Positions 27,532 through 38,123 of a DNA stretch of 64,000 bases are shown here, piece by piece. Position numbers and translations under genes: made by a program. The notes under the pieces were generated by a model. It saw only the letters and a program-made list of their open reading frames with translations. It was not told the DNA's origin and searched no databases. Source of the DNA: Minisyncoccota bacterium (GTDB lineage Bacteria > Patescibacteriota > Minisyncoccia > Phycocordibacterales > UBA9973). Where the stretch lies: contig JBAYUN010000004.1 of assembly GCA_041675085.1 (NCBI GenBank), forward strand, positions 2,032 through 66,031. The letters run 5' to 3'. Each line of letters opens with the position of its first letter. Positions within the stretch are counted from its first letter, which is position 1.

Positions 27532-28089
27532 ATGCATAAAAAAATAATTTTATTTGATTTTTTTGGAGTATTGTCTGGGTCAATTTATACGAACATTATT
27601 GAAAAATTCTTACCAACAGAAGATTATAATCTTTGGCTAGAAAAGCTAAATGAGCACGACAAGGGATATTTTTCTGAAATTGATTTTGTGAAGATGATTT
27701 CTAGAGATTCTGGAATTACAGAGAAAGAAATTTGGGTAGAAGTTACTAAACAATTTAATTTAAATATTGAATTGTTATTATTCATCAAAAACATTAAAAA
27801 TAAACACGGAATAGGATTACTTACCAATGCTACAAAAAGTTTAATTGAAAGAGTTTTAGGATCTTATATTGATATCTTTGATAGAAAATTTATTTCCTCG
27901 GAAATTGGACTATTAAAACCAGATCCAAACATTTTCAAATATGTTTTATCAAAAATTGACACGAATCATTATGAAATAATTTTTATTGATGACAATCCCA
28001 TAAATATAGAAGTAGCTAAGAGTTTTGGAATTAAAGGAATACTATACAAAAATAATAAATCTTTATTTTCAAAGATAAATAAATTTTAA
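27532..28089 (+). CDS. HAD-superfamily hydrolase (subfamily IA)
   Basis: Motif I FDFFGVL and motif IV IFIDDNPINI. Confidence 0.65.
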   Translation: MHKKIILFDFFGVLSGSIYTNIIEKFLPTEDYNLWLEKLNEHDKGYFSEIDFVKMISRDSGITEKEIWVEVTKQFNLNIELLLFIKNIKNKHGIGLLTNATKSLIERVLGSYIDIFDRKFISSEIGLLKPDPNIFKYVLSKIDTNHYEIIFIDDNPINIEVAKSFGIKGILYKNNKSLFSKINKF

Positions 28090-28091
28090 AA

Positions 28092-29474
28092 TCATCTTTG
28101 TGTTTTATACTTTCTGGGGCGTTCTTGGGTAATCAAATATCTTATTATAGCTATCCATGGACCAAAGGAATCAGTAAAAACTAAGAATATTGTTGAGTAA
28201 GAAACTTTAAACATGGATAGACTTTTTAATTTATTAGCATAAACTCCAAGTTTCTGTTTTTCCAAAATGCTTGGTAAATTTTTTAGCAAATAAAGTACTG
28301 GTAAAACCTGAAAAATAAAAAGCCCCACAACCCCAAGCACTATAACTATTATATTTTGATAAAAAAACCCAAAAATTATCGGGAAAAGATATAAAAATGA
28401 AGACACGAGCCAATACGAACCTCTTCCAATGCCTACAATCAAAAGTTTTAATTTTCGAGTCATTGATACATCTTGAACTTTTTTATCAAAAAAACACGAA
28501 AAATATTCAAGATAATTCCAAAACCAAACATTTCTTTGTTTGATATAGGAAGTAAAATCAAAAGGCACGTCTGCTACTTCTAAAACATCCAAATTTATAA
28601 TTGGAACTTTTTTAGCTGACAAAAAATATCCCAAAGTAAGGTCTTCTGTTAGTAAATTTTCTGGATAACCACCATTATTCAATAAAGTAGAGAATTTCAT
28701 TGAGGAACCATGACCAACAGAATAACCGAGCTGACTATTAAACAGTTCTTTCATGAACGGGATTTTTTGCTCTGCAATACTAGAAGTACTTATTTCATAA
28801 TTTTTAAGAATACGATTTTCGTGACCCAAGCAAAACCAGGTTTGATACAAAGAAAGTGCATTTACAAAATTATTCTTACCTATATCTTTAATAAATACAC
28901 AGGGTTGTTGTATTGCAAAATTATCCTCAGCAGAATGCTTTTTTAAATATTCTGTAAAATAATTTAAGGTTAAACTAGAAGGACGCGAATCAGCATTATA
29001 CAAAATATACGCCTCTTCTTTGTTTTTTATATCTAAACCCACTATTTCGTTAACAGCAAAATTTAACTGGGTTGCCATGTTTGAATTTTTATTCTCTTCA
29101 TTGAGTAATTTAATTCGGTCAGTATTATTATCCCACAAACGATTTTCTATGTCTTTTTTTATAAAATTAAACGTAGAATGCTCACCAATTTCTCTACTAG
29201 ATGTAATAATCACAATAAAAACATAAGGAGTGTTGAAATTTTCTAAAAAATAAGAAATAGTTTCTCTGTAAATTTTCTGTTCATTTAAAAGTGGAAGTAA
29301 AATAAAGATTTTTCTGGAACCATTTTCTTTAGCAGAAAAGAAATTATCATCTTTATTTTTTAATTTCTTTAAAAAAGTAATTAAATGTATGAAGTCTGGA
29401 ATACCTCTAATAGCTTGTAAAAATAAACAAATAAATGCTAATATAAATATATTCATATGAAATACAATAATCAT
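28092..29474 (-). CDS. Membrane glycosyltransferase family 2 (processive, cellulose/chitin-synthase-like)
   Basis: NADSRP, TEDLTLGY and QRNVW (QxxRW-like) motifs, with C-terminal TM helices. Confidence 0.55.
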   Translation of the reverse strand: MIIVFHMNIFILAFICLFLQAIRGIPDFIHLITFLKKLKNKDDNFFSAKENGSRKIFILLPLLNEQKIYRETISYFLENFNTPYVFIVIITSSREIGEHSTFNFIKKDIENRLWDNNTDRIKLLNEENKNSNMATQLNFAVNEIVGLDIKNKEEAYILYNADSRPSSLTLNYFTEYLKKHSAEDNFAIQQPCVFIKDIGKNNFVNALSLYQTWFCLGHENRILKNYEISTSSIAEQKIPFMKELFNSQLGYSVGHGSSMKFSTLLNNGGYPENLLTEDLTLGYFLSAKKVPIINLDVLEVADVPFDFTSYIKQRNVWFWNYLEYFSCFFDKKVQDVSMTRKLKLLIVGIGRGSYWLVSSFLYLFPIIFGFFYQNIIVIVLGVVGLFIFQVLPVLYLLKNLPSILEKQKLGVYANKLKSLSMFKVSYSTIFLVFTDSFGPWIAIIRYLITQERPRKYKTQR

Positions 29475-30443
29475 ATCATTTTAGAAGGACTTTGGGGAGT
29501 AGGAAAAACTAGAGTACTAAAAGAATTAGCAAAAAGTGGTTTTACTATTATTAAAGAACCAATCTATTATAATAAATACAAAAATAATGATAAAGATCGT
29601 TCTTTATGGTATGCAAAAAAGCACAAAGACAGAGAAAAATTAATTTTAAGTGAACTAAACCCTATCGCACTAGAAAGATCAGAGCTTTCCAATTTTGCTT
29701 ATCAATACGCAACAAAAAATAAACTACCAAGCAAGAAAGATTTATCTTTCTTGTCAAAAGTTGTAAGTTTAAAAAAAGTTTTATTAGTATATCTTTCTAT
29801 TAATAAAAACAACTCAATCATTAAAACAAATGACTTAATGCATGGAAAAGAAATAAAAAAAATAACTGAAAACAAAAAACGAATTAACTTATACGAACAT
29901 TGGTATAAATCAATATTACCTGAAAAATTTAATTTAACGTTATTGGAAATAGACCTAATTAACAGTGCGAGGAAAACACCCAATACCATATCAAACGAAA
30001 TACTGAAATGTTTAAAAAGCAATAGAGTTGCTCAAGTAAACATAGTAGTTTGTAGATATAATAATTCAAATGAATTAGAAGTTTTAGTATTGAAAAGAGC
30101 AAAAGACAGAGGTGATTTTTGGCAAACTATCACAGGAGGAATCCACATCGGAGAAAGTTTTTTACATGCTGGGAAAAGAGAACTTAAAGAAGAACTTTCT
30201 ATTGAAGTTAACAAAGTTTCATATGCAGATTTTTCATACTCCTTTACAGGCAATGAAGGCTATAAATTGAATGAATACGCTTGTTTTGTTTTATTAAATT
30301 ATAAAAAATCATTAAATATAAAAATAAGTGATGAGCACGTAGAATACAAATGGCTAGATCCAAAAAGTGCTATGAGTCTTTTAAAATTTAAAGAGAACAA
30401 AAGTGCCATAAAACATTCAATCAAAAAAATAGCACCCCGTTAA
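29457..30443 (+). CDS. Deoxynucleoside kinase - NUDIX hydrolase fusion protein
   Basis: N-terminal P-loop GLWGVGKT plus the dNK ERS motif (IALERSEL); C-terminal Nudix box GGIHIGESFLHAGKRELKEELSI. Confidence 0.65.
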   Translation: MKYNNHIILEGLWGVGKTRVLKELAKSGFTIIKEPIYYNKYKNNDKDRSLWYAKKHKDREKLILSELNPIALERSELSNFAYQYATKNKLPSKKDLSFLSKVVSLKKVLLVYLSINKNNSIIKTNDLMHGKEIKKITENKKRINLYEHWYKSILPEKFNLTLLEIDLINSARKTPNTISNEILKCLKSNRVAQVNIVVCRYNNSNELEVLVLKRAKDRGDFWQTITGGIHIGESFLHAGKRELKEELSIEVNKVSYADFSYSFTGNEGYKLNEYACFVLLNYKKSLNIKISDEHVEYKWLDPKSAMSLLKFKENKSAIKHSIKKIAPR

Positions 30444-31048
30444 TAACAGGGTGCTTGTATTATAGCCTCAACTTCTTTTTTGATAAGATCATGTATCTCA
30501 TCAACAGAACAAGTGGCATCTAAAATATGCCACCCTCTATCATTAGCAATTTGCAAATAAGTAGATTGAATTAATTCAAAATAATCATCAGACCTGTTTT
30601 CAAATCTCTCAAAATGCCCTCGCAGCCTCCTTCTTTCACGTGCTATTCCAGGAGAAAGTTTTAAAACAAATCCTAAATCTGGAATCAATTGATTGAAAGC
30701 TAACTGATTGAGCTTAATGCGCAAATTTTCATCATTAGATAATTCACCGAAATTTGAGTGATAAGCTAGATAACTTTCATCCCATCGATCAGCCAAAACT
30801 ATCTTGCCATTTTTTAAAGCGTGAATTGTATCTGAATGTTGCTGTGCATGTAAAGCTTGAAAAAGAAACATGATAGCCATATCATTCGTCCAATTATTCA
30901 TGTAACCACGCAAAATAATTTTTGCTTCGTGGTCATAAGCTTTAGTTATTTTAACTAAATGTTTGTTTCTGGTAAGCCAACCCGACAACATGTCAATCTG
31001 TGTCGATTTGCCACACCCATCAATTCCTGTAATTACAATAAGTTTCAT
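30440..31048 (-). CDS. tmk: Thymidylate kinase (dTMP kinase) family
   Basis: ITGIDGCGKSTQ P-loop and the LADRWDESYLAY (DR[YW]..S..AY) motif. Confidence 0.65.
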   Translation of the reverse strand: MKLIVITGIDGCGKSTQIDMLSGWLTRNKHLVKITKAYDHEAKIILRGYMNNWTNDMAIMFLFQALHAQQHSDTIHALKNGKIVLADRWDESYLAYHSNFGELSNDENLRIKLNQLAFNQLIPDLGFVLKLSPGIARERRRLRGHFERFENRSDDYFELIQSTYLQIANDRGWHILDATCSVDEIHDLIKKEVEAIIQAPCY

Positions 31049-31049
31049 T

Positions 31050-31505
31050 TTAACCTCCTTTTTTTAGATTTAGAAATTGGTTTGGTACGCACAATAATTT
31101 TTCTAAGTCATCCCATAATTGTTTTTTCAATCTTTCTGGGAAAAGTTCAAGAGACGATAATTCTGTTTTAAAGAACCATCGACTTTCTGCAACTATTCCT
31201 CCATTATCTAAATGAACTTTAGGTAAGACTGAACCATTTTTTGGATAAGCCAGCCAAAACATCTCAAGGTAAACCTCAGTCGAATTTGGTGAAAACTCCT
31301 GTAAATAGAGGAATCTATCCAAAGTTGCTTCTAAACCAGTTTCCTCTAAAATTTCTCTTGTGATACAATCAGATAGACTTTCTCCTGATTCTAATCCTCC
31401 TCCAGGAGGATACCAGAAATTTGCATTTTTATTTCTGACCAACAAAATACTTTCTTGTTGCTTGTCTAAAACAACTGCTCTACAAATAACACGCCTTTTT
31501 TTCAT
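31050..31505 (-). CDS. NUDIX hydrolase
   Basis: Nudix box PGGGLESGESLSDCITREILEETG. Confidence 0.8.
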   Translation of the reverse strand: MKKRRVICRAVVLDKQQESILLVRNKNANFWYPPGGGLESGESLSDCITREILEETGLEATLDRFLYLQEFSPNSTEVYLEMFWLAYPKNGSVLPKVHLDNGGIVAESRWFFKTELSSLELFPERLKKQLWDDLEKLLCVPNQFLNLKKGG

Positions 31506-31607
31506 GACTTAATCTACTTTTTTGATTTATTAATGTACATTTTTAGAAATCCATAATGGAAATCTTTTCCATACACACTATATCATGAATTTTTGTTTTT
31601 GCAATAC

Positions 31608-32546
31608 TCGCGTAATGGTTCAATAGCTTGGCACCACTCAAAGGAATACCATTGAGATATGCCATATACAACAAACAAAAATATGCCAAGAATTAGAAGA
31701 GAAGCTGCGGACTTAGTTCGTAGAGGTTGGAGTGCAAGAAAAGTAGGTAGAAGATTGGGGTTCCACCATACTGCAATCATGGAATGGGTAAGAAAATCTA
31801 AAATTATGGGATATGGGAATATACCAACAAAAAGTTCTCGTCCGTATTCACATCCTAAACAATTAAAGGAAGAAGTAATCATTAAAATCGTAAAGAAAAG
31901 ATTAGAGCATGGAAGGTGTGCTGAAGCTGTACATAAACAACTTCAAAACGATGGACTAAAAGTTTCTTTGTCTTCTGTAAAGAGAACTTTGGAAAGAAAA
32001 TATTTAATCAAGAAACGAAGTCCATGGAAACGATATCATCCACCTGTAGAACGTCCATATCCCCTTAAAAGTGGTGATTTAGTAGAGATTGATACTATTC
32101 ACAGAATGATAGACAAGAAGAAACGTTTGTATGTATTTGTATTGATAGATGTGTATTCTAGATGGATATATGCTAAAGCATATGAAAGAATGGGTGCAAA
32201 GGTTGGAGTGCGTTTTGTCAAAGAAGCACAGAGACATGCACAGTTTAATTTTAATATGTTACAAAGTGATCATGGACCAGAGTTTTCTAATTGGTTCGTA
32301 TCACGTATTGAAAAGAAACATAGATATACAAGAATTGGTAAACCTAATGACAATGCTCATATTGAAAGAGTTAACAGAACTATTCAAGAAGAATGTTTAG
32401 GTAAATTACCTAATGATGTTAAACAAATTAATTGCGAACTTAAAAAATATTTGCAATACTACAATTACAAAAGAGTACATGCAGGAATTAATTATTTAAC
32501 TCCTATGCAAGTGGTGTGAAGCTATTGGTTAGAATACGTACTCGAA
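31608..32546 (+). mobile_element. IS481-family-like insertion sequence (single DDE transposase ORF; candidate imperfect terminal inverted repeats (TIRs) at 31625-31642 and 32510-32527)
   Basis: CAATAGCTTGGCACCACT matches the reverse complement of agtggtgtgaagctattg at 16 of 18 positions; it encloses the transposase gene. Confidence 0.55.
31659..32519 (+). CDS. DDE (rve/integrase-core) transposase, IS481/IS3 superfamily
   Basis: An N-terminal HTH; ..DTIH..LIDVYSRW.. and the QSDHGPEF..KPNDNAHIERVNRTIQEE integrase-core signature. Confidence 0.8.
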   Translation: MPYTTNKNMPRIRREAADLVRRGWSARKVGRRLGFHHTAIMEWVRKSKIMGYGNIPTKSSRPYSHPKQLKEEVIIKIVKKRLEHGRCAEAVHKQLQNDGLKVSLSSVKRTLERKYLIKKRSPWKRYHPPVERPYPLKSGDLVEIDTIHRMIDKKKRLYVFVLIDVYSRWIYAKAYERMGAKVGVRFVKEAQRHAQFNFNMLQSDHGPEFSNWFVSRIEKKHRYTRIGKPNDNAHIERVNRTIQEECLGKLPNDVKQINCELKKYLQYYNYKRVHAGINYLTPMQVV

Positions 32547-34181
32547 TTATTTATTTGTTAAATCCAACTCTACAGAGAAAGTAGAACCAGCGCCTTCGCC
32601 TCCCGACTCCGCCCAGACACGGCCTCCATGAGCCTCTACTACGAGCTTTACAGAGAACAAACCATATCCAGTACTATCTACGTTTACCTTTACGGAATTC
32701 TTGCCTCTACCACCTTCGGTAAATAAATTCTTTTTATCTTCATCATTAATACCTACGCCGGTATCTTTAACAGTGAACAATAATTTATCATTATTTTTAG
32801 CTAGACCGACAGTAATGCTACCCTCTTTGGTATAACGGACTGCGTTTTCTATCAAATTATTTGTAACTTCTTTTAACCAAAAAGCGTCTCCTGAAATAGT
32901 AAAATCAACATCTTGAATTTCTAAATTCATCTTTAATCCTTTGGCCTCGGCTGGAGCACGACGAGATTCGGCACTATCTAGCACCATAGCTTTGAAGTCG
33001 AGTGGAGCCATCTCGTATTTCACTATTCCCTTTTCTAAGTTGAATGCATTTAATACAAGGTCTACAGTCTTAATACCTTCATTATCAGAGTCGAGTCCTT
33101 TTTTAGACATGTCTTTTAATTCGGCACTTAATTCACCAAATCCTCCACCCACCATCTCAGCAAAAATATATTTAGAGCGAGTAAAAGAAGCTTTGACTTT
33201 GTGAGTGATAAGGTGAACTAGAGATTCTCTCTGAGTGAGCAGTCCTTTTAATTCTTCATTTAGAATCTGGAGTTTTTCCCTTTGTTCTATTTCACGACGC
33301 ACCGAACTCACTAAAGCGCGACCTAGGAATAAAGTAAAGGTCAGCGTGAAAGCAACAACCAGCCTCACGTTTTCGATATTTCTAATAAAAGCGATAGATA
33401 GTACAAGAAAACCTAGAGAAAAAACTAGAGCTTGAGTACCGAGTAATTTGATATTGAAAGTCTTAAAACGCACTATCATGTACGCCAAGAAAGCTGCAAA
33501 AATAGGCATACCAATAAGCCCAGCTTGAGCTAAAACCCAATCCTCAGTAAAACTACCGATAAGATTACCCCAAGAAAAAGCCAAAAGAAACAAAACCATA
33601 CCAATACTAAATATACGTATTTCTTTTTTGCGAGCTATTTCTTTAGATTTAATAAATTCTAAAACTGAAAAAATAAATAAGCTCAAAATAATAACCAACT
33701 CCACAAAATAAGTATAGTATTGAGCTAGAGGACCTTCTATTGCTGTACAGTCATCCAGATTCACTCCTTGTAGATTTAATGAGGTGGTAAGAAATATAAT
33801 AATAGGAGCATATAAAGTAAGTAATAAAATTTTAAACTTAAAAGGTAAATCCCTTTCTTTAATAAATACATAAGACAAATAGAAAGCAAAAAGATAAACC
33901 AGAGGCTCTACCAGAACTTGGACAGACCAAGCAAACATAACGATGCGTGGATCGTTGGTAGCCCAGAGCACAAGGTCGATGAGAGACCAAATAGAAAACA
34001 TAATAGTCGTGATAAGTAGAGTGACGCCGACTTTGGATTTCTGAGTCTTGTAGTACACAATGAACCCTGCTAGTAATGCTACTATTAGTGCCGGAAAATG
34101 AGAGTAAAAGAATAACGTCGGTATGTTGCTAGAATAAATATAATAACTTGCTGATTCCCAAGGGCAAAATAATTGTTCCAT
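32547..34181 (-). CDS. Membrane sensor histidine kinase (multi-TM sensor, HisKA + HATPase_c); no response regulator adjacent
   Basis: N box NLIENAVRYT, G1 VKDTGVGI and G2 GYGLFSVK, with at least seven N-terminal TM helices. Confidence 0.8.
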   Translation of the reverse strand: MEQLFCPWESASYYIYSSNIPTLFFYSHFPALIVALLAGFIVYYKTQKSKVGVTLLITTIMFSIWSLIDLVLWATNDPRIVMFAWSVQVLVEPLVYLFAFYLSYVFIKERDLPFKFKILLLTLYAPIIIFLTTSLNLQGVNLDDCTAIEGPLAQYYTYFVELVIILSLFIFSVLEFIKSKEIARKKEIRIFSIGMVLFLLAFSWGNLIGSFTEDWVLAQAGLIGMPIFAAFLAYMIVRFKTFNIKLLGTQALVFSLGFLVLSIAFIRNIENVRLVVAFTLTFTLFLGRALVSSVRREIEQREKLQILNEELKGLLTQRESLVHLITHKVKASFTRSKYIFAEMVGGGFGELSAELKDMSKKGLDSDNEGIKTVDLVLNAFNLEKGIVKYEMAPLDFKAMVLDSAESRRAPAEAKGLKMNLEIQDVDFTISGDAFWLKEVTNNLIENAVRYTKEGSITVGLAKNNDKLLFTVKDTGVGINDEDKKNLFTEGGRGKNSVKVNVDSTGYGLFSVKLVVEAHGGRVWAESGGEGAGSTFSVELDLTNK

Positions 34182-34203
34182 GTTTATATTTTACACTTTA
34201 ATT

Positions 34204-35136
34204 TTAATAAGTGGAAGTAGTATAAAGTAAATAACTGCCAATTAAAATAATAATAATAGAAATTAAACGATGTATTATATGACCTTTTGAAATCCTTTCC
34301 ATAACGTATTTAGGTAAAAATATAGTCATTAAGATAGCAAAAAGAAAAACAAAAAGAGGTTGATATGTACCAACAACCAGAACTAGCACAACAGGTGCAA
34401 GCAAGAAAGCATAACTTGTAGCCAACCCACCCAACATAAATAATATTTCACTAAAAATATTAATCGAAGCAAATTTAAAATTTAAACCCATAATCATATC
34501 TTTGAAAGCAATTTTAAATTTTTTAGAAAAAATAATTAACCCAAAACCAAACAAAAACAAACCTAAATATTGCCAAAAAACAACAACCCAAAATTCTTCA
34601 ACCAATGCAATCTTCTTAAAGATAACATCATTTAAAGCGTAGAAAAAGGAAGAACCTATGACTAAAAATAAAACTTTTTTCTTAAAAATAAAAGATTTAT
34701 CTATATCTATTTCTACAGACAAAATAAAAGCTCCTACAACTATTATAAAAGAATACAGAAGCTGATTAATTGTTAAAGATTCTCCTAAAACAAAATAACT
34801 TAACACATAAGTAATAATAGGTAGTAGTTGAAATAAAGGAATGACTATTGAGACTTCTTCTGTATCAACAGCCTTCAAATAAAAATAAAAAGCTATAGAA
34901 CTAAAAATTCCCAGTAAAATTAAAATAAAATAATATTGTATGGGTATGCTAAATATTTCATTACTATAAAAAAATAATATAAAAGGCAGAACAATTATTG
35001 AAGATAAACAAGAAAAAGCAAGTAAAGCTTCTACTCCCTTTTCTTTGAAATATCTAAACAACATATATTTATCTATATGATTCACGATAGCCCACAAAAT
35101 AGGTGCAACCAAAGACAATAAAAACCAGTTATTCAT
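34204..35136 (-). CDS. EamA/DMT-family transporter (10 TM)
   Basis: Duplicated 5-TM EamA-like hydrophobic pattern. Confidence 0.6.
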   Translation of the reverse strand: MNNWFLLSLVAPILWAIVNHIDKYMLFRYFKEKGVEALLAFSCLSSIIVLPFILFFYSNEIFSIPIQYYFILILLGIFSSIAFYFYLKAVDTEEVSIVIPLFQLLPIITYVLSYFVLGESLTINQLLYSFIIVVGAFILSVEIDIDKSFIFKKKVLFLVIGSSFFYALNDVIFKKIALVEEFWVVVFWQYLGLFLFGFGLIIFSKKFKIAFKDMIMGLNFKFASINIFSEILFMLGGLATSYAFLLAPVVLVLVVGTYQPLFVFLFAILMTIFLPKYVMERISKGHIIHRLISIIIILIGSYLLYTTSTY

Positions 35137-35458
35137 AAAATTATTCTTGAAGAATTATAAAATCTTGATCAATAAAAGACCTTTGGTATGTAAAAAAAAC
35201 TGAGATTAAAATAGACAGAATAAGTAATACAACTAAAATCCACGACTTTTTATCCATATACATATTCTAACATACCAATACAAACTCGCAAATACAAAAC
35301 ACAACAAGGAATTTTTATTTAGCGCATGTTAGCTTTTAGCAAATTCTATGAACATTAATGATTTAAAGAAAAATTGCAACATGTTTAATTAAAATACTGT
35401 AATCTAAAGTAATATTTTTAAAAATATGGAAATCAAGCAATAAATTTTACAATACTCA

Positions 35459-36898
35459 CTAGTCCATTCTAGGTATTAAAAAAGATTCTTCTTCACTATC
35501 TTGAACAACATATCCTTTTGTAAAAATTTCTTTTTTTAATTTATCAGCTTCTTCCCAATTTTTTACATTTTTTGCTAAAGACCTTCTATGTAAAATATCT
35601 TTCATTGCAGGGTCTTTATTAATTTCTTCGCTTTTTTCACAAAACTCTTTTATATTAAAACCAAAAATTTCGTCAGATTCCATCAAAGCATCGAGTCTGT
35701 CTTGCTCAGAAATTGATTCATCCTTAATAATTTTCCATAATTCGCCGAGTGCTGTAGGTATATCAAAATCATTTAAAATAAATGGGAAAATTCTTTCTTC
35801 AAAAATTCTCACACTACCCACCTGGTTATTTTTTTTTGCTTTTCTGCTCAAATCTACTGCCTTATTATATAAATTCAGTAATGAGTTCTGGGCTGACTCT
35901 AAAGATTTCCAAGTAAAATTTAATTGTTTTTTATAAGAAGTCTGACTAAAAAGATACCTAATGGACAGAACATAAATATTTCTTTTTTTAAGATCATCCA
36001 AGCAATAAGCATTACCTAAACTTTTACTCATTTTACCACCATCCACAAGAAGAAAAGCTCCATGCAACCAATATTTTACAAAATTTTTTTTCAGAGATGC
36101 TGCTTGGGCTTGAGCAATCTCATTTTGATGATGAACATCTTTCAAGTCCTCTCCGCCTATATGAAAATCAAATGTTTGACCCAAATACTTAATACTCATA
36201 GCAGAACATTCTATATGCCAACCAGGGAAACCTCTCCCCCAAGGACTATCCCATTCCATATGTCTACGATCTTCTGGTTTACTGAATTTCCACAAAGCGA
36301 AGTCTCTTAAATCTTTTTTATTTTTATTTACATCAATTCGACTTTGCGCAATATTTTGAGCAATTTTTTCTTTTTCAGTTAAAACATAGTACTCGAAACC
36401 ACTTTTTTCATACTTTTGTACATCAAAATACAGTCCATCGTTAGGAATAGAATACACAAAACCATTTTTGTCTATTTTTTCAATTAGATTTATTTGTTCT
36501 TTAATGTATTCTGTGGCTTTTGTAAATTTTTGTGGATTTTTTAAATTCAATAATCTACGTTCTTTTATAAACTTATCTGAATAATGCGTAGAAATATCCC
36601 AAGCTGACTTGGATAGTTTTTTTGCTTCTTTTTCTAGCCTATCTTCACCTTGATCTGCGTCACCTAAATTATCACCAGTAAGATGACCTACATCGGTTAT
36701 ATTAGTGATAAATTTTACTTCATTTTGAGGGTACCCCACAGTCAAAGTTCTGTAAACTATATCTGTCAAATAATAAGTCCTCCAATTACCGATAGTAATA
36801 TCATTATAAACAGTAGGGCCACACGAGTATAGACCTATTTCTTTTCTGCTTGGTGAATACAATTCATATTCTTTTTTAATATTTAAAATTTTTAACAT
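35459..36898 (-). CDS. cysS: Cysteine--tRNA ligase
   Basis: [13 protein letters not shown] (HIGH region), KMSKSLGN and a Zn-binding Cys. Confidence 0.9.
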   Translation of the reverse strand: MLKILNIKKEYELYSPSRKEIGLYSCGPTVYNDITIGNWRTYYLTDIVYRTLTVGYPQNEVKFITNITDVGHLTGDNLGDADQGEDRLEKEAKKLSKSAWDISTHYSDKFIKERRLLNLKNPQKFTKATEYIKEQINLIEKIDKNGFVYSIPNDGLYFDVQKYEKSGFEYYVLTEKEKIAQNIAQSRIDVNKNKKDLRDFALWKFSKPEDRRHMEWDSPWGRGFPGWHIECSAMSIKYLGQTFDFHIGGEDLKDVHHQNEIAQAQAASLKKNFVKYWLHGAFLLVDGGKMSKSLGNAYCLDDLKKRNIYVLSIRYLFSQTSYKKQLNFTWKSLESAQNSLLNLYNKAVDLSRKAKKNNQVGSVRIFEERIFPFILNDFDIPTALGELWKIIKDESISEQDRLDALMESDEIFGFNIKEFCEKSEEINKDPAMKDILHRRSLAKNVKNWEEADKLKKEIFTKGYVVQDSEEESFLIPRMD

Positions 36899-36973
36899 AC
36901 AAATATATTTTAAAAATCGCTACTAGTACTAATCTAGCACCAGCAGCGATAATTTTACAAACACAATTTTACT

Positions 36974-37513
36974 TTAACATCCACAACAAGCACCATTTTT
37001 GGCATCAATCGGCCAAAAATCCAAGGACGGATTACCAAAATGCTTGGCATGTAAAAGAATAGTGTTGTCTAAATAATCAGGCATTAAAGCATAATTTTCA
37101 TCTTCTGAAATTGTTGGTACATGATGAAGAAAAACACCACCAGCAACTTTGTTACAAAAATCATGATAATTCCTTGTTGAAAGCACGTGGGCATGCCACA
37201 TGTCATCTACTTTTTTCGACATTGGACACCTGAGGCTTGGGTACTTAATTTTAAGGAAAAGAAATTTTCTGTACTCCTCTTCCATCTTGTCAGCAATTTC
37301 TTTACTGTACCCAGCCCTTTCAATAAGCCAAGTGTTCTGTCTTGACAAATCCCAATCTAAAATTTTTTTGTAAAGATTAACATCTTCTTTACTATTAACA
37401 CCATGATGAGAAAAAGCATTAAGCGATTTTTCTATCTTCCCTAAGGAGGTAGGGTTCGTTGAAACTAACGATGCGTATTCCATAAGCCAAAAATGGATTT
37501 TGTTTGATTCCAC
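36974..37513 (-). CDS. Hypothetical protein (possible DUF1399/GRDP-like domain: D..WHAHVL....Y..FC)
   Basis: Only weak motif recognition; the protein ends CCGC. Confidence 0.3.
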   Translation of the reverse strand: MESNKIHFWLMEYASLVSTNPTSLGKIEKSLNAFSHHGVNSKEDVNLYKKILDWDLSRQNTWLIERAGYSKEIADKMEEEYRKFLFLKIKYPSLRCPMSKKVDDMWHAHVLSTRNYHDFCNKVAGGVFLHHVPTISEDENYALMPDYLDNTILLHAKHFGNPSLDFWPIDAKNGACCGC

Positions 37514-37581
37514 GAGACATTTCGAAGAACTTTTAAATCCATATCAAATAATAACTCTTATTAAGAGTATTTGTCAAATTT

Positions 37582-38118
37582 TTATTTTATTATCTTTTTT
37601 ACATCTCGATACAAAAAATAATCCTTAGCAAGTGGAATAAAATGTTTTAAATATATTTTCAAATTATCACTTTCTATTTCTGGCAAGTTATCTAAGGAAA
37701 AAATATTGCAATCAAGTGCCTCGTCTACACAAAACTGTTCTAGAGGTTCTTCTGTCTTTACAGCATAAAAAAGAATATAAGCTGGATTTGGATAATCCTC
37801 TCCAGTAGCTTTATTTATTTTAGGAATATCATTCATTATTTCAAGATAACCAACAGGCTCTCTAGAAGATTCAAAATGCCTAATACCAGCTTCTTCAAGT
37901 ATTTCTCTAGCAAGGGTTTCTTTTAAAGATTCACCTATCTCTCTATGACCGCCTGGTAATTCCCAGCCTCTATTGTGATTTTTAATCATCACAAGACCGT
38001 CTGTGTGAAAAGGTATTCCAAAAACAGCCGTGACGTTATCTTCATTTGGTATAGTTCCAGAGGTAAACAATCTCCATTCAGCATTTGCCCATCTACCTTT
38101 TTCTTTAAAGTTTTCCAT
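37582..38118 (-). CDS. NUDIX hydrolase
   Basis: Nudix box ELPGGHREIGESLKETLAREILEEAG. Confidence 0.8.
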   Translation of the reverse strand: MENFKEKGRWANAEWRLFTSGTIPNEDNVTAVFGIPFHTDGLVMIKNHNRGWELPGGHREIGESLKETLAREILEEAGIRHFESSREPVGYLEIMNDIPKINKATGEDYPNPAYILFYAVKTEEPLEQFCVDEALDCNIFSLDNLPEIESDNLKIYLKHFIPLAKDYFLYRDVKKIIK

Positions 38119-38123
38119 AATTT

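Noticed and set aside
31583-31882. 99-aa ORF antisense to the IS transposase N-terminus
   Set aside because: It overlaps the well-supported DDE transposase on the opposite strand and has no motifs. It is a spurious antisense frame.
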